Part shown: in pieces, positions 30,707-43,713 of the stretch | How positions within the stretch are numbered: position 1 is the first letter of the stretch | Layout of the letters: every line of letters begins with the position of its first letter | Assembly (NCBI RefSeq): GCF_003334815.1 | Contig: NZ_QOWO01000021.1 | Direction: 5' to 3' (one strand) | From: Escherichia coli | Lineage (GTDB): Bacteria; Pseudomonadota; Gammaproteobacteria; Enterobacterales; Enterobacteriaceae | DNA length: 64,000 nucleotides | Made by a program: the position numbers and the translations under genes | Notes under the pieces: generated by a model | Told to the model about the DNA's origin: nothing | What the model saw: the letters and a program-made list of their open reading frames with translations, nothing else | Databases searched by the model: none

Positions 30707-31438
30707 TTAGCCCAAATCGCCAAATCGTACTTGTAGCGCGGTAATGGCGGTGAGCGCAGTTGTCTCTGTACGCAAAACGCGAGGTCCCAACAGGATATCA
30801 GTAAATTGATAGCGGGCAGTCATGGCAATTTCATCTGCCGATAAACCGCCTTCCGGGCCAATCAGCAGGCGGACGCGTTCAACCGGTAACGGCAACGTAT
30901 TGATGCTGTTACTGGCGCGCGGGTGAAGATTCAGTTTCAGTCCTTCATCCTGCTCTGCACACCAGGCTTCCAGATCCATCGCTGGACGGATTTCCGGCAC
31001 CCGGTTACGACCACACTGCTCACAGGCAGCAATTGCAATCTTCTGCCACTGCTGAAGCTTCTTGTTCAGACGTTCACTATCCAGTTTAACGCCGCAGCGC
31101 TCAGAAAAAAGTGGCGTAATGAGGCTTACACCGAGTTCGATCGATTTCTGGATAGTAAATTCCATTTTTTCACCACGCGACATCACCTGACCGAGGTGAA
31201 TATGCAGCGGAGATTCGCGATCGTCGATCTGGCCTTCCAGCACCTTCACTTCCACGCTTTTTTTGCTGGCGCTGGTAATTTCGGCGTCAAAGACCTGGTT
31301 GCTACCGTCAAACAATTGCAACGCCTGCCCCGGCCCCATGCGCAGTACGCGCCCGATATGGTTGGCGGCATCTTCGCAAAGCGCGATGTGAGAATGGCTG
31401 GTCAGTGGTTCAGGATGATAAATGCGGGGGATACGCAT
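30707..31438 (-). CDS. rsmE: 16S rRNA (uracil1498-N3)-methyltransferase
   Basis: Translation [34 protein letters not shown]... recognised as RsmE. Confidence 0.92.
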
Positions 31439-31517
31439 AGTTAAAAATCCGCGTCGTCTCCCCACGCGGTTGTACGCGTGGGGTAGGGGTTAACAAAAAG
31501 AATCCCGCTAGTGTAGG

Positions 31518-32225
31518 TTAGCTCTTTCGCGCCTGGCAAGCGCGTTGCACATACGGGTTATGATTGCCCTGCACCTTCGCGATGCGTTCATCGCGCTCGC
31601 ACTCCCAGTCGGTAACCGGATACATCTTGTTCCATGCGTTGAACAGCTGCGTTTGCTGGCGAGAGAGTGTCAGGTTGTATTGGTCGCGCATATAGAAGTA
31701 GGTGCGCGCAATGGCACCGCGTGCACGCGCTGGTGGTTCGGCAGCTTTTTCTTTGAAATCGACCTTCATGGCGCATTGACCGTACTGGCCTTCACCGCCA
31801 TTCCACTGGCTGTACATAAAGTTGCCGCGATCGCCATTCACCTCACCGACTGACGGCTGCAGGTTATGCATATCGCTTTCCATCTTGCGATAGACCGGAT
31901 CTTTAGCGCAGTTTTTACGTCCACCGTCCTGCCAGCACTGGCGCTGGTGACCGAACTGCCAGGCGGGAACGACATGTTCCCACTCTACGCGGCTGGCGCG
32001 GTTTTCATTTTTGCGCACCTGATAGCCGCACGATTGCAGATCAACAACGCCTTTTTTGCCCTGCCAGTTAATTTTACATCCGCAATAAAACGTACCGGGC
32101 GCGTCAGCGTGGACTTTTACCGCCGCGGCTTTCGCCTGAGAAAAACTATTGATACCTTCGGCCAACGCCGGGCCGGAAAATGCTGCGCTCAGTACCACCG
32201 CAGCAATAGACAAATAACGGTACAT
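31518..32225 (-). CDS. endA: Periplasmic endonuclease I
   Basis: Translation [32 protein letters not shown]... recognised as EndA. Confidence 0.93.
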
Positions 32226-32319
32226 CACTTACTCCGTGTTAAAACGAGCCAGCAACGTAGCGAAAGCTGTTTTGGTATGCAATCAGCCAGATCAGGAAAG
32301 TTCCTGATAGTTCAGATGG

Positions 32320-32817
32320 TTATTTCGCAACCAGCTGTTCACCGCAGTGAACACAGCGATAGACGGCCTCGCCACGAACTACGCGATTATGGCGGCGTAC
32401 GGTAAGCTGATGCTCCTGGCACTTGCAGCGGTAGGGGAAGGTGTTGCGACGCACGGATTGCAGTTCGAACTGATGCGTACGACGGGCGGGAACACCCAGC
32501 ACGTTTTCCATCATCCACTTCCACTCTTTGCCATGTGGCGCTACGCGGCCGAAATGTTTCCATACCAGCAAATGTGCCAGTTCGTGCGGTACCACTTCTT
32601 CAATAAAAGCTTCACTGTTTTCCAACAGCAAAACGGGATTGAGGCGAATTTCATAGCTTTCCAGCCAGGCCGTTCCGGCGGAGGTTCCGCGCTGGGTGTA
32701 AGAGAGTTTTGGCTCCGGGTAGTTACGCCCTAGCTTCAGGTTGGCCTGGGCGAGTTTTTCCCGCAGGCGACGCATAACGGCCTGTTGGATGGCGATAGGG
32801 AGACGGGATGTTTTCAT
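32320..32817 (-). CDS. sprT: SprT-like zinc metalloprotease family protein
   Basis: Translation [48 protein letters not shown]... with HELAH motif; recognised as SprT/YggI. Confidence 0.9.
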   Translation of the reverse strand: MKTSRLPIAIQQAVMRRLREKLAQANLKLGRNYPEPKLSYTQRGTSAGTAWLESYEIRLNPVLLLENSEAFIEEVVPHELAHLLVWKHFGRVAPHGKEWKWMMENVLGVPARRTHQFELQSVRRNTFPYRCKCQEHQLTVRRHNRVVRGEAVYRCVHCGEQLVAK

Positions 32818-32893
32818 AGCGGCAGAGGATAGAGCGAAGAAAAGATGACTGCAAGAGGTGGCTTCCTCCGCGATGGGAGGAAGCTTGGGGAGA

Positions 32894-34288
32894 TTAATTG
32901 TGAGCGCCTATTTCGCGCAGTTTACGACCTTTCATCAGATTACGTTCAATATGTTCCAGCGAAACGTGTTTGGTTTCCGGTACCAGCCACAATGTCAGCA
33001 GGATAAACAGTACGTTCAGAGCCGCATACACCCAGAAGGTGTTGGCGTTACCCAGCGTGTTGAGCATGGTCAGGAACGTTGCGCCAACGATCATGTTGGC
33101 AATCCAGTTGGTGGCAGTGGAGCAGGTGATGCCAAAATCGCGGCCTTTCAGCGGCTGAATTTCGGAGCACAGTACCCAAATCAGCGGACCGGCACTCATG
33201 GCAAAACCGACAATAAACATCAGCAGCATGGCGATGGCGAAATACTGCGCCGACGGAGAGTGAATACCGATATGCATCATTGTACCGAGTACGCCCATGC
33301 CAGCAGCCATCACCAGGAAGCCCAGCGTTAGCGTTGGTTTACGTCCCCAGCGGTCAACAAGGCCGATTGCGATAAAGGTGGCAAGTACGTTGGTCAGGCC
33401 GACAATCACGGTCCCCCACATTTGCTCGGTAGTGTTGGTATAACCCGCCAGTTCGAAGATTTTCGGCGCGTAATACATGATGACGTTCATCCCGGTGAAT
33501 TGCTGCATTACCTGCAACAGTACGCCAAGGAACACCGCGCGGCGGAAGTTGCTGTTCTCTTTAAACAGCGCCCAGCCACTCTGTTTAACCTGCAAACTTT
33601 CACGGATTTCATCCAGTTCGCGTTTCGCTTCCGCGCTGGTGTCACGCAGGCGTAGCAGCACGCGTTCGGCATCAACAAAACGGCGTTTGGCGGCAAACCA
33701 ACGTGGGCTGTCTGGCAGGAAGAAGACACCAATCAGCAGCAAAATTGCCGGGATGATAATCACACCCAGCATCCAGCGCCATGCACCGGTGTAGCTGAAG
33801 GCGGTATCAGAAAGATAAGCACCGAGGATCCCGATAGTGATCATCAACTGATACATCGAGATCATACTGCCACGAATTTTTTCCGGCGCAATTTCAGAGA
33901 GGTACAGCGGTGCGGTATAAGAGGCCACACCCACCGCCAGCCCCAGTAGAACGCGGGAAAGAATCAGTACTTCAACGTTTGGCGCAGCCGCAGAGAACAG
34001 CGAACCGGCAACAAACAAAATTGCGCCGATCATCAGGCTCTTTTTGCGCCCGAGTTTAAAGGAGAGCCAGCCGCTGCCCACCGCACCGACTGCCGCACCG
34101 AACATCATGGAGCTTACGACCCATTCTTGCGTGTGCGAAGTAATCTGGAATTCATCTGCAATAAACGGCAGTGCGCCAGCAATTACACCGATATCCAGGC
34201 CAAAGAGTAATCCCGCCAGAGCGGCAAGGAAGCAGACGAAAAACGTCATTGCCTTGTTTGACCGCCCCTGTTTTTTAGCGTCAGGCAT
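32894..34288 (-). CDS. galP: Galactose:H+ symporter (MFS)
   Basis: Translation [43 protein letters not shown]... recognised as GalP. Confidence 0.95.
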   Translation of the reverse strand: MPDAKKQGRSNKAMTFFVCFLAALAGLLFGLDIGVIAGALPFIADEFQITSHTQEWVVSSMMFGAAVGAVGSGWLSFKLGRKKSLMIGAILFVAGSLFSAAAPNVEVLILSRVLLGLAVGVASYTAPLYLSEIAPEKIRGSMISMYQLMITIGILGAYLSDTAFSYTGAWRWMLGVIIIPAILLLIGVFFLPDSPRWFAAKRRFVDAERVLLRLRDTSAEAKRELDEIRESLQVKQSGWALFKENSNFRRAVFLGVLLQVMQQFTGMNVIMYYAPKIFELAGYTNTTEQMWGTVIVGLTNVLATFIAIGLVDRWGRKPTLTLGFLVMAAGMGVLGTMMHIGIHSPSAQYFAIAMLLMFIVGFAMSAGPLIWVLCSEIQPLKGRDFGITCSTATNWIANMIVGATFLTMLNTLGNANTFWVYAALNVLFILLTLWLVPETKHVSLEHIERNLMKGRKLREIGAHN

Positions 34289-34632
34289 GATGCCCTCCAA
34301 TATGGTTATTTTTTATTGTGAATTAAGATAGGTGAGTACGACGTAAAAAGATGTGAAGCAAATCACATCAGTGTAATCGCTTACACTAACATTTATCTTA
34401 GTTATGATTTAAGTGCATGAAAATAATTGAGTTATATCATCATAGATTAAACGCTGTTATCTGCAATTAAGACTTTACTGAAAAGAAATGTAACAACTGT
34501 GAAAACCGAATAATAATATGAAAATATTACAAATCTTTGTCTGTTGTGGTTGGTGTAATCGGTTTCAGTTGTGATGATAATCTGCGGTGAAACGTGATCA
34601 GGAAGAATGATGTTATTGTGCGGGCGGTTTTT

Positions 34633-34660
34633 TTGCCGGATGCGGCGTGAACGCCTATCC
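34633..34660. repeat. Single REP unit
   Basis: gccggatgcggcgtgaacgcctatcc adjacent to metK terminator. Confidence 0.6.
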
Positions 34661-34689
34661 AAAAGAAAAAGGCCAGCGCGAGGCTGGCC
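34661..34689 (-). terminator. Intrinsic terminator of metK
   Basis: Hairpin ggccagc / gctggcc followed on the minus strand by TTTTTCTTTT. Confidence 0.75.
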
Positions 34690-34711
34690 TTTGAACGCAG
34701 GTGAAGAAAGA

Positions 34712-35866
34712 TTACTTCAGACCGGCAGCATCGCGCAGCAGCTGCGCTTTGTCGGTTTTTTCCCACGGGAAATGTTCACGACCAAAGTGACCGTATGCTG
34801 CGGTTTCTTTGTAGATCGGGTGCAGCAGATCCAGCATCTGAATCAGACCGTATGGGCGCAGGTCGAAGAACTCACGTACCAGCAGGGTCAGTTGTTCAGA
34901 AGGCACTTTCTCAGTACCGAAAGTTTCTACCATGATGGAGGTCGGTTCAGCCACGCCGATTGCGTAGGAAACCTGAATTTCACAACGATCGGCCAGGCCA
35001 GCAGCAACGATGTTTTTCGCGACATAACGTGCTGCGTAGGCTGCGGAACGGTCCACTTTTGATGGATCTTTACCAGAGAATGCACCGCCACCGTGACGCG
35101 CCATGCCGCCGTAGGTATCAACGATAATTTTACGACCAGTCAGACCGCAGTCACCCATTGGGCCACCGATAACGAAACGACCGGTCGGGTTGATGAAGAA
35201 TTTGGTGGCAGAAGTCAGCCATTCAGCGGGCAGAATTGGCTTGATGATCTCTTCCATTACCGCTTCTTGCAGCGATTTCTGGTCGATCTCTTCAGAGTGC
35301 TGAGTGGAAAGCACGACAGCATCGATACCAACGATTTTGCCGTCGTCATACTGAAAAGTCACCTGGCTTTTCGCGTCCGGGCGCAGCCACGGCAGAGTGC
35401 CGTTTTTACGCACTTCAGCCTGACGCTGTACCAGACGGTGTGCATAGGTGATAGGTGCTGGCATCAGCACGTCGGTTTCATTAGTTGCGTAGCCAAACAT
35501 CAGACCCTGGTCACCCGCGCCCTGTTCCAGCGGATCGGCACGGTCAACGCCCTGGTTGATGTCAGGAGACTGTTTGCCGATAGCGCTCAGAACCGCACAG
35601 GAGTTAGCGTCAAAGCCCATGTCGGAATGCACATAGCCAATTTCGCGAACGGTGTTACGGGTGATCTCTTCGATGTCTACCCAGGCGCTGGTGGTGATTT
35701 CGCCGCCAACTAAAACCATGCCGGTTTTTACGTAGGTTTCGCAAGCAACGCGTGCTTTCGGATCCTGTTCGAGGATCGCGTCTAAAACGGCATCAGAAAT
35801 TTGGTCAGCAATTTTGTCAGGATGCCCTTCAGAGACGGACTCGGACGTAAAAAGGTGTTTTGCCAT
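34712..35866 (-). CDS. metK: S-adenosylmethionine synthetase
   Basis: Translation [43 protein letters not shown]... recognised as MetK. Confidence 0.96.
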
Positions 35867-36170
35867 ATTTAATATCACCTAAAGAGAATTTGGTTAGCTC
35901 AAACTGTTGTGTGGATTTTCTGTGGTAGCGGATCCTACCACGACTCTGCAGGTTAAAAACACTGGCAGTCTGAGTGTTAATCGGTATGGATGGATTAACA
36001 TCTGGATGGCTATTTTAGGTCAATTCTTCACCCTATTTCCACTTTTTTTTTGAATCGTGTCTCATTCTGTTAAAAACGTGGCTGGAAATTTTTCCTGACA
36101 ATGCCGGCATTCTGCGTATTTATCTTTTGCAATTTTCTGCCATTGTGGGGTATAAAACGCGGCGCGCGGC

Positions 36171-36386
36171 TTAAATAAAAAGCACACGACGTTTCTTTCG
36201 TGTTGCCACTTCCAGCCGGGTTGAAATCAGAGTTTTGGCTTGTGGGTTCGTCTTAACAGGCGGCCGTGGAGGTGATACGAAATAATGAACCGTTGTCTGC
36301 TGCTTAACCTGTCTCACCGTTCTGGTGAAGATTCGTTCCCCGCACTCTGCATCTCTGCTTTGCATACCTGCCGATGTTATACCCAT
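36171..36386 (-). CDS. yqgC: Small protein YqgC (71 aa)
   Basis: ORF in metK-speA intergenic region at the position of K-12 yqgC; identity from memory. Confidence 0.5.
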
Positions 36387-36521
36387 CTCGGCGCTTCTCA
36401 GGATTCAAGAGCTGGTTACAGTTACTGAGGACTGAACAAGGGCGCTCTTGTAAAAACAAGAGTTTTCTCGTGGTTTCGCCGAACTTTCACACTTACGTTC
36501 GGTTATGTGCTTAATAATGTT

Positions 36522-36653
36522 ATGAAAAAGAAACCGGTTGCGCAGTTGGAGCGTCAGCATTCACTGCTGGAAAATCCATGTGCTTATGGGTTGTTATCGC
36601 AGTTCCAGGCTGCGATAGTCGTTAACTGTTTTACACTTAATAAAATAATTTGA
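36522..36653 (+). CDS. yqgB: Small protein YqgB (43 aa) in speA leader region
   Basis: ATG 36522 to TGA 36651-36653, translation [43 protein letters not shown]; immediately upstream of speA. Confidence 0.65.
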   Translation: MKKKPVAQLERQHSLLENPCAYGLLSQFQAAIVVNCFTLNKII

Positions 36654-36661
36654 GGTTCGCT

Positions 36662-38638
36662 ATGTCTGACGACATGTCTATGGGTTTGCCTTCGTCAGCG
36701 GGCGAACACGGTGTACTACGCTCCATGCAGGAGGTTGCAATGAGCTCCCAGGAAGCCAGCAAGATGCTGCGTACTTACAATATTGCCTGGTGGGGCAATA
36801 ACTACTATGACGTTAACGAGCTGGGCCACATTAGCGTGTGCCCGGACCCGGACGTCCCGGAAGCTCGCGTCGATCTCGCGCAGTTAGTGAAAACTCGTGA
36901 AGCAGAGGGCCAGCGTCTGCCTGCACTGTTCTGTTTCCCACAGATCCTGCAGCACCGTTTGCGTTCCATTAACGCCGCGTTCAAACGTGCGAGGGAATCC
37001 TACGGCTATAACGGCGATTACTTCCTTGTTTATCCGATCAAAGTTAACCAGCACCGCCGCGTGATTGAGTCCCTGATTCATTCGGGCGAACCGCTGGGTC
37101 TGGAAGCCGGTTCCAAAGCCGAGTTGATGGCAGTACTGGCACATGCTGGCATGACCCGTAGCGTCATCGTCTGCAACGGTTATAAAGACCGCGAATATAT
37201 CCGCCTGGCATTAATTGGCGAGAAGATGGGGCACAAGGTCTATCTGGTCATTGAGAAGATGTCAGAAATCGCCATTGTGCTGGATGAAGCAGAACGTCTG
37301 AATGTCGTTCCTCGTCTGGGCGTGCGTGCACGTCTGGCTTCGCAGGGTTCGGGTAAATGGCAGTCCTCCGGCGGGGAAAAATCGAAGTTCGGCCTGGCTG
37401 CGACTCAGGTACTGCAACTGGTTGAAACCCTGCGTGAAGCCGGGCGTCTCGACAGCCTGCAACTACTGCACTTCCACCTCGGTTCGCAGATGGCGAATAT
37501 TCGCGATATCGCGACAGGCGTTCGTGAATCCGCGCGTTTCTATGTGGAACTGCACAAGCTGGGCGTCAATATTCAGTGCTTCGACGTCGGCGGCGGTCTG
37601 GGCGTGGATTATGAAGGTACTCGTTCGCAGTCCGACTGTTCGGTGAACTACGGCCTCAATGAATACGCCAACAACATTATCTGGGCGATTGGCGATGCGT
37701 GTGAAGAAAACGGTCTGCCGCATCCGACGGTAATCACCGAATCGGGTCGTGCGGTGACTGCGCATCACACCGTGCTGGTGTCTAATATCATCGGCGTGGA
37801 ACGTAACGAATACACGGTGCCGACCGCGCCTGCAGAAGATGCGCCGCGCGCGCTGCAAAGCATGTGGGAAACCTGGCAGGAGATGCACGAACCGGGAACT
37901 CGCCGTTCTCTGCGTGAATGGTTACACGACAGTCAGATGGATCTGCACGACATTCATATCGGCTACTCTTCCGGCATCTTTAGCCTGCAAGAACGTGCAT
38001 GGGCTGAGCAGCTTTATTTGAGCATGTGCCATGAAGTGCAAAAGCAGCTGGATCCGCAAAACCGTGCTCATCGTCCGATTATCGACGAGCTGCAGGAACG
38101 TATGGCGGACAAAATGTACGTCAACTTCTCGCTGTTCCAGTCGATGCCGGACGCATGGGGGATCGACCAGTTGTTCCCGGTTCTGCCGCTGGAAGGGCTG
38201 GATCAAGTGCCGGAACGTCGCGCTGTGCTGCTGGATATTACCTGTGACTCTGACGGTGCTATCGACCACTATATTGATGGTGACGGTATTGCCACGACAA
38301 TGCCAATGCCGGAGTACGATCCAGAGAATCCGCCGATGCTCGGTTTCTTTATGGTCGGCGCATATCAGGAGATCCTCGGCAACATGCACAACCTGTTCGG
38401 TGATACCGAAGCGGTTGACGTGTTCGTCTTCCCTGACGGTAGCGTAGAAGTAGAACTGTCTGACGAAGGCGATACCGTGGCGGACATGCTGCAATATGTA
38501 CAGCTCGATCCGAAAACGCTGTTAACCCAGTTCCGCGATCAAGTGAAGAAAACCGATCTTGATGCTGAACTGCAACAACAGTTCCTTGAAGAGTTCGAGG
38601 CAGGTTTGTACGGTTATACTTATCTTGAAGATGAGTAA
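36662..38638 (+). CDS. speA: Biosynthetic arginine decarboxylase
   Basis: Translation from [49 protein letters not shown]... recognised as SpeA. Confidence 0.95.
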   Translation: MSDDMSMGLPSSAGEHGVLRSMQEVAMSSQEASKMLRTYNIAWWGNNYYDVNELGHISVCPDPDVPEARVDLAQLVKTREAEGQRLPALFCFPQILQHRLRSINAAFKRARESYGYNGDYFLVYPIKVNQHRRVIESLIHSGEPLGLEAGSKAELMAVLAHAGMTRSVIVCNGYKDREYIRLALIGEKMGHKVYLVIEKMSEIAIVLDEAERLNVVPRLGVRARLASQGSGKWQSSGGEKSKFGLAATQVLQLVETLREAGRLDSLQLLHFHLGSQMANIRDIATGVRESARFYVELHKLGVNIQCFDVGGGLGVDYEGTRSQSDCSVNYGLNEYANNIIWAIGDACEENGLPHPTVITESGRAVTAHHTVLVSNIIGVERNEYTVPTAPAEDAPRALQSMWETWQEMHEPGTRRSLREWLHDSQMDLHDIHIGYSSGIFSLQERAWAEQLYLSMCHEVQKQLDPQNRAHRPIIDELQERMADKMYVNFSLFQSMPDAWGIDQLFPVLPLEGLDQVPERRAVLLDITCDSDGAIDHYIDGDGIATTMPMPEYDPENPPMLGFFMVGAYQEILGNMHNLFGDTEAVDVFVFPDGSVEVELSDEGDTVADMLQYVQLDPKTLLTQFRDQVKKTDLDAELQQQFLEEFEAGLYGYTYLEDE

Positions 38639-38707
38639 GTCCTGTGTTACTTGAATCCGCTTAATTTAGCGGTGATAATCCGCCACAATTTATTGTGACA
38701 AATCCAA

Positions 38708-38747
38708 CCCTTCCTCGTCGGGCCTAACGACGCGGAAGGGTTTTTTT
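38708..38747 (+). terminator. Intrinsic terminator downstream of speA
   Basis: GC-rich hairpin cccttcc...ggaaggg followed by TTTTTTT. Confidence 0.8.
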
Positions 38748-38775
38748 ATATCGACTTTGTAATAGGAGTCCATCC

Positions 38776-39696
38776 ATGAGCACCTTAGGTCATCAATACG
38801 ATAACTCACTGGTTTCCAATGCCTTTGGTTTTTTACGCCTGCCGATGAACTTCCAGCCGTATGACAGCGATGCAGACTGGGTGATTACTGGCGTGCCGTT
38901 CGATATGGCCACTTCTGGTCGTGCGGGTGGTCGCCACGGTCCGGCAGCGATCCGTCAGGTTTCGACGAATCTGGCCTGGGAACACAACCGCTTCCCGTGG
39001 AATTTCGACATGCGTGAGCGTCTGAACGTCGTGGACTGCGGCGATCTGGTATATGCCTTTGGCGATGCCCGTGAGATGAGCGAAAAGCTGCAGGCGCACG
39101 CCGAGAAGCTGCTGGCTGCCGGTAAGCGTATGCTCTCTTTCGGTGGTGACCACTTTGTTACGCTGCCGCTGCTGCGTGCTCATGCGAAGCATTTCGGCAA
39201 AATGGCGCTGGTACACTTTGACGCCCACACCGATACCTATGCGAACGGTTGTGAATTTGACCACGGCACTATGTTCTATACCGCGCCGAAAGAAGGTCTG
39301 ATCGACCCGAATCATTCCGTGCAGATTGGTATTCGTACCGAGTTTGATAAAGACAACGGCTTTACCGTGCTGGACGCCTGCCAGGTGAACGATCGCAGCG
39401 TGGATGACGTTATCGCCCAAGTGAAACAGATTGTGGGTGATATGCCGGTTTACCTGACTTTTGATATCGACTGCCTGGATCCTGCTTTTGCACCAGGCAC
39501 CGGTACGCCAGTGATTGGCGGCCTGACCTCCGATCGCGCTATTAAACTGGTACGCGGCCTGAAAGATCTCAACATTGTTGGGATGGACGTAGTGGAAGTG
39601 GCTCCGGCATACGATCAGTCGGAAATCACTGCTCTGGCAGCGGCAACGCTGGCGCTGGAAATGCTGTATATTCAGGCGGCGAAAAAGGGCGAGTAA
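38776..39696 (+). CDS. speB: Agmatinase
   Basis: Translation [49 protein letters not shown]... recognised as SpeB. Confidence 0.95.
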   Translation: MSTLGHQYDNSLVSNAFGFLRLPMNFQPYDSDADWVITGVPFDMATSGRAGGRHGPAAIRQVSTNLAWEHNRFPWNFDMRERLNVVDCGDLVYAFGDAREMSEKLQAHAEKLLAAGKRMLSFGGDHFVTLPLLRAHAKHFGKMALVHFDAHTDTYANGCEFDHGTMFYTAPKEGLIDPNHSVQIGIRTEFDKDNGFTVLDACQVNDRSVDDVIAQVKQIVGDMPVYLTFDIDCLDPAFAPGTGTPVIGGLTSDRAIKLVRGLKDLNIVGMDVVEVAPAYDQSEITALAAATLALEMLYIQAAKKGE

Positions 39697-39698
39697 GC

Positions 39699-39895
<197 letters not shown>

Positions 39896-39901
39896 CAGGC
39901 T

Positions 39902-40660
39902 TTACTTAATCCCATCCGCGCTCATGCGATCGCGAATATGCTGGGCGCGTTCGGCGGATGCAGGATGGTCGTCAAACATTGAGCTTTGGCGACCTTCTTC
40001 CAGTTTTGCCAGTTTTTCAAAGCTGGTGGCAAGACCTGCCGGGCTGATGCCGCGTTGGCGCAGAAGATCGTAAGAATAATCATCGGCTTCTGCTTCCTGG
40101 CGCTGGGAGAATTGCGAATTGACTAATTTCTCGCCCAGATTACCAAGTTGTGATTGAGATAAACTTCCGACAATCCCGCCCGCAGAGGCCGCAGCTACTC
40201 GCACGGCATTTGTACCAAGTGCCACCTGCATTCCTTTTTTCACATGGCCTAACGCCACGTGCCCCATTTCGTGACCGATCACCGCTTCGACTTCGTTATC
40301 CGTCATCATATCCATCAGCCCGCTATAGACGCGGATACAGCCGTTAGCCATTGCAAAGGCGTTCACATCCTTCGCCATATACACTTTGTAATTTACCGGC
40401 TGACCGTTGATATTGTTGCCTAGCGCATTGGCAATAGTTGTCAGACGTTTAGCGTATTCGCTATTGGCTGGCGCAATCGTCGCCTTGCTGTCCATCTCCT
40501 GACATGCCTGATCGCTCAGGGTTTTCACCTGCGCATCACTCAAACTGTAAGCCTGAAAAGCTTCCGCTCCTGATGAGAGCAGTCCGTTGGAGTCCATATT
40601 CTGGCAACCAGTCAGTACCGTTGCCACGCTCATTGCTACCAATAAGGCGCGAATTTTCAT
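39902..40660 (-). CDS. loiP: Periplasmic/outer-membrane metalloprotease LoiP (M48 family)
   Basis: Translation from MKIRALLVAMSVATVLTGCQ... with HEMGH zinc motif; recognised as LoiP/YggG; 73-codon upstream extension of the ORF track rejected. Confidence 0.9.
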   Translation of the reverse strand: MKIRALLVAMSVATVLTGCQNMDSNGLLSSGAEAFQAYSLSDAQVKTLSDQACQEMDSKATIAPANSEYAKRLTTIANALGNNINGQPVNYKVYMAKDVNAFAMANGCIRVYSGLMDMMTDNEVEAVIGHEMGHVALGHVKKGMQVALGTNAVRVAAASAGGIVGSLSQSQLGNLGEKLVNSQFSQRQEAEADDYSYDLLRQRGISPAGLATSFEKLAKLEEGRQSSMFDDHPASAERAQHIRDRMSADGIK

Positions 40661-40937
40661 GTTTTCTCTTCCGCACAAGGTCAGGATTATTCTAAAAATG
40701 CGCCGTTTGCAGGTGAATCGACGCTCAGTCTCAGTATAAGGAAAAGCGCAGCGGACGGGCGAGTAGATTGCGCAACATGCGAGCATGATCCAGAGATTTC
40801 TGAAGCGGCAAAAGGATGTTCCATGTACATGACGCGCGGCTTGCGGTAAATTGTTGGCAAATTTTCCGGCGTAGCCCAAAACGCGCTGTCGTCAAGTCGT
40901 TAAGGGCGTGCCCTTCATCATCCGATCTGGAGTCAAA

Positions 40938-42929
40938 ATGTCCTCACGTAAAGAGCTTGCCAATGCTATTCGTGCGCTGAGCATGGACGCAGTACAGAAA
41001 GCCAAATCCGGTCACCCGGGTGCCCCTATGGGTATGGCTGACATTGCCGAAGTCCTGTGGCGTGATTTCCTGAAACACAACCCGCAGAATCCGTCCTGGG
41101 CTGACCGTGACCGCTTCGTGCTGTCCAACGGCCACGGCTCCATGCTGATCTACAGCCTGCTGCACCTCACCGGTTACGATCTGCCGATGGAAGAACTGAA
41201 AAACTTCCGTCAGCTGCACTCTAAAACTCCGGGTCACCCGGAAGTGGGTTACACCGCTGGTGTGGAAACCACCACCGGTCCGCTGGGTCAGGGTATTGCC
41301 AACGCAGTCGGTATGGCGATTGCAGAAAAAACGCTGGCGGCGCAGTTTAACCGTCCGGGCCACGACATTGTCGACCACTACACCTACGCCTTCATGGGCG
41401 ACGGCTGCATGATGGAAGGCATCTCCCACGAAGTTTGCTCTCTGGCGGGTACGCTGAAGCTGGGTAAACTGATTGCATTCTACGATGACAACGGTATTTC
41501 TATCGATGGTCACGTTGAAGGCTGGTTCACCGACGACACCGCAATGCGTTTCGAAGCTTACGGCTGGCACGTTATTCGCGACATCGACGGTCATGACGCG
41601 GCATCTATCAAACGCGCAGTAGAAGAAGCGCGCGCAGTGACTGACAAACCTTCCCTGCTGATGTGCAAAACCATCATCGGTTTCGGTTCCCCGAACAAAG
41701 CCGGTACCCACGACTCCCACGGTGCGCCGCTGGGCGACGCTGAAATTGCCCTGACCCGCGAACAACTGGGCTGGAAATATGCGCCGTTCGAAATCCCGTC
41801 TGAAATCTATGCTCAGTGGGATGCGAAAGAAGCAGGCCAGGCGAAAGAATCCGCATGGAACGAGAAATTCGCTGCTTACGCGAAAGCTTATCCGCAGGAA
41901 GCCGCTGAATTTACCCGCCGTATGAAAGGCGAAATGCCGTCTGACTTCGACGCTAAAGCGAAAGAGTTCATCGCTAAACTGCAGGCTAATCCGGCGAAAA
42001 TCGCCAGCCGTAAAGCGTCTCAGAATGCTATCGAAGCGTTCGGTCCGCTGTTGCCGGAATTCCTCGGCGGTTCTGCTGACCTGGCGCCGTCTAACCTGAC
42101 CCTGTGGTCTGGTTCTAAAGCAATCAACGAAGATGCTGCGGGTAACTACATCCACTACGGTGTTCGCGAGTTCGGTATGACCGCGATTGCTAACGGTATC
42201 TCCCTGCACGGTGGCTTCCTGCCGTACACCTCCACCTTCCTGATGTTCGTGGAATACGCACGTAACGCCGTACGTATGGCTGCGCTGATGAAACAGCGTC
42301 AGGTGATGGTTTACACCCACGACTCCATCGGTCTGGGCGAAGACGGCCCGACTCACCAGCCGGTTGAGCAGGTCGCTTCTCTGCGCGTAACCCCGAACAT
42401 GTCTACATGGCGTCCGTGTGACCAGGTTGAATCCGCGGTCGCGTGGAAATACGGTGTTGAGCGTCAGGACGGCCCGACCGCACTGATCCTCTCCCGTCAG
42501 AACCTGGCGCAGCAGGAACGAACTGAAGAGCAACTGGCAAACATCGCGCGCGGTGGTTATGTGCTGAAAGACTGCGCCGGTCAGCCGGAACTGATTTTCA
42601 TCGCTACCGGTTCAGAAGTTGAACTGGCTGTTGCTGCCTACGAAAAACTGACTGCCGAAGGCGTGAAAGCGCGCGTGGTGTCCATGCCGTCTACCGACGC
42701 ATTTGACAAGCAGGATGCTGCTTACCGTGAATCCGTACTGCCGAAAGCGGTTACTGCACGCGTTGCTGTAGAAGCGGGTATTGCTGACTACTGGTACAAG
42801 TATGTTGGCCTGAACGGTGCTATCGTCGGTATGACCACCTTCGGTGAATCTGCTCCGGCAGAGCTGCTGTTTGAAGAGTTCGGCTTCACTGTTGATAACG
42901 TTGTTGCGAAAGCAAAAGAACTGCTGTAA
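40938..42929 (+). CDS. tktA: Transketolase 1
   Basis: Translation from [41 protein letters not shown]... recognised as TktA. Confidence 0.96.
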   Translation: MSSRKELANAIRALSMDAVQKAKSGHPGAPMGMADIAEVLWRDFLKHNPQNPSWADRDRFVLSNGHGSMLIYSLLHLTGYDLPMEELKNFRQLHSKTPGHPEVGYTAGVETTTGPLGQGIANAVGMAIAEKTLAAQFNRPGHDIVDHYTYAFMGDGCMMEGISHEVCSLAGTLKLGKLIAFYDDNGISIDGHVEGWFTDDTAMRFEAYGWHVIRDIDGHDAASIKRAVEEARAVTDKPSLLMCKTIIGFGSPNKAGTHDSHGAPLGDAEIALTREQLGWKYAPFEIPSEIYAQWDAKEAGQAKESAWNEKFAAYAKAYPQEAAEFTRRMKGEMPSDFDAKAKEFIAKLQANPAKIASRKASQNAIEAFGPLLPEFLGGSADLAPSNLTLWSGSKAINEDAAGNYIHYGVREFGMTAIANGISLHGGFLPYTSTFLMFVEYARNAVRMAALMKQRQVMVYTHDSIGLGEDGPTHQPVEQVASLRVTPNMSTWRPCDQVESAVAWKYGVERQDGPTALILSRQNLAQQERTEEQLANIARGGYVLKDCAGQPELIFIATGSEVELAVAAYEKLTAEGVKARVVSMPSTDAFDKQDAAYRESVLPKAVTARVAVEAGIADYWYKYVGLNGAIVGMTTFGESAPAELLFEEFGFTVDNVVAKAKELL

Positions 42930-42943
42930 TTAGCATTTCGGGT

Positions 42944-42971
42944 AAAAAGGTCGCTTCGGCGACCTTTTTTA
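42944..42971 (+). terminator. Intrinsic terminator of tktA
   Basis: Hairpin ggtcgc-ttcg-gcgacc followed by TTTTTT. Confidence 0.85.
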
Positions 42972-43242
42972 TTACCTTGATATGTCCGTTTGCGGACAAG
43001 CAATAGATAAGGCGTGTTGTAGATCACAAATATTTATATGCAATAAATATCAATTATGTAACATGCATCACGATATGCGTATTGACATTTGTTGTTATAT
43101 CTATAACTCAATGTTATATAAGAAATTAATAATTCACTGTTTTCAAAACACCGGTTTCCCTGCTCAATTGCTTTCATTAAACCGCACGAGTATTTTATTT
43201 TTACCGCCGGACGGTACCCTAAAAATAAAATAAGGATAATTT

Positions 43243-43686
43243 ATGCGGCTTAGTGATTATTTTCCAGAATCATCAATCTCAGTTATACATTCAGCAAAAG
43301 ATTGGCAGGAAGCTATCGATTTCTCGATGGTATCATTGCTGGATAAAAACTATATCAGCGAGAATTACATTCAGGCAATTAAAGATTCCACCATTAACAA
43401 TGGCCCTTATTATATTCTCGCACCAGGCGTGGCAATGCCTCATGCGCGACCGGAATGTGGGGCGCTTAAAACCGGGATGTCTTTGACATTACTTGAACAA
43501 GGTGTTTATTTTCCGGGGAATGACGAACCAATTAAATTACTCATCGGACTCTCTGCTGCCGATGCCGATTCGCACATTGGCGCTATTCAGGCGTTAAGTG
43601 AATTACTGTGCGAAGAAGAAATACTCGAACAACTCTTAACAGCATCATCAGAAAAACAATTAGCGGACATTATCAGCCGCGGATAA
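43243..43686 (+). CDS. cmtB: Cryptic mannitol-type PTS enzyme IIA
   Basis: Translation MRLSDYFPESSISVIHSAKDWQEAIDFSMVSLL... recognised as CmtB. Confidence 0.9.
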   Translation: MRLSDYFPESSISVIHSAKDWQEAIDFSMVSLLDKNYISENYIQAIKDSTINNGPYYILAPGVAMPHARPECGALKTGMSLTLLEQGVYFPGNDEPIKLLIGLSAADADSHIGAIQALSELLCEEEILEQLLTASSEKQLADIISRG

Positions 43687-43713
43687 TTACTCTCTCCTCT
43701 ACAGGATAATATT

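Noticed and set aside
35867-36170. SAM riboswitch upstream of metK
   Set aside because: SAM riboswitches are not a feature of enterobacterial metK (MetJ repressor control instead); no conserved riboswitch helices noticed.
40944-42533. 529-codon ORF antisense to tktA
   Set aside because: Lies entirely within and opposite to the confidently identified tktA gene; Arg/Val/Gly-rich low-complexity translation typical of shadow ORFs in GC-balanced coding DNA.
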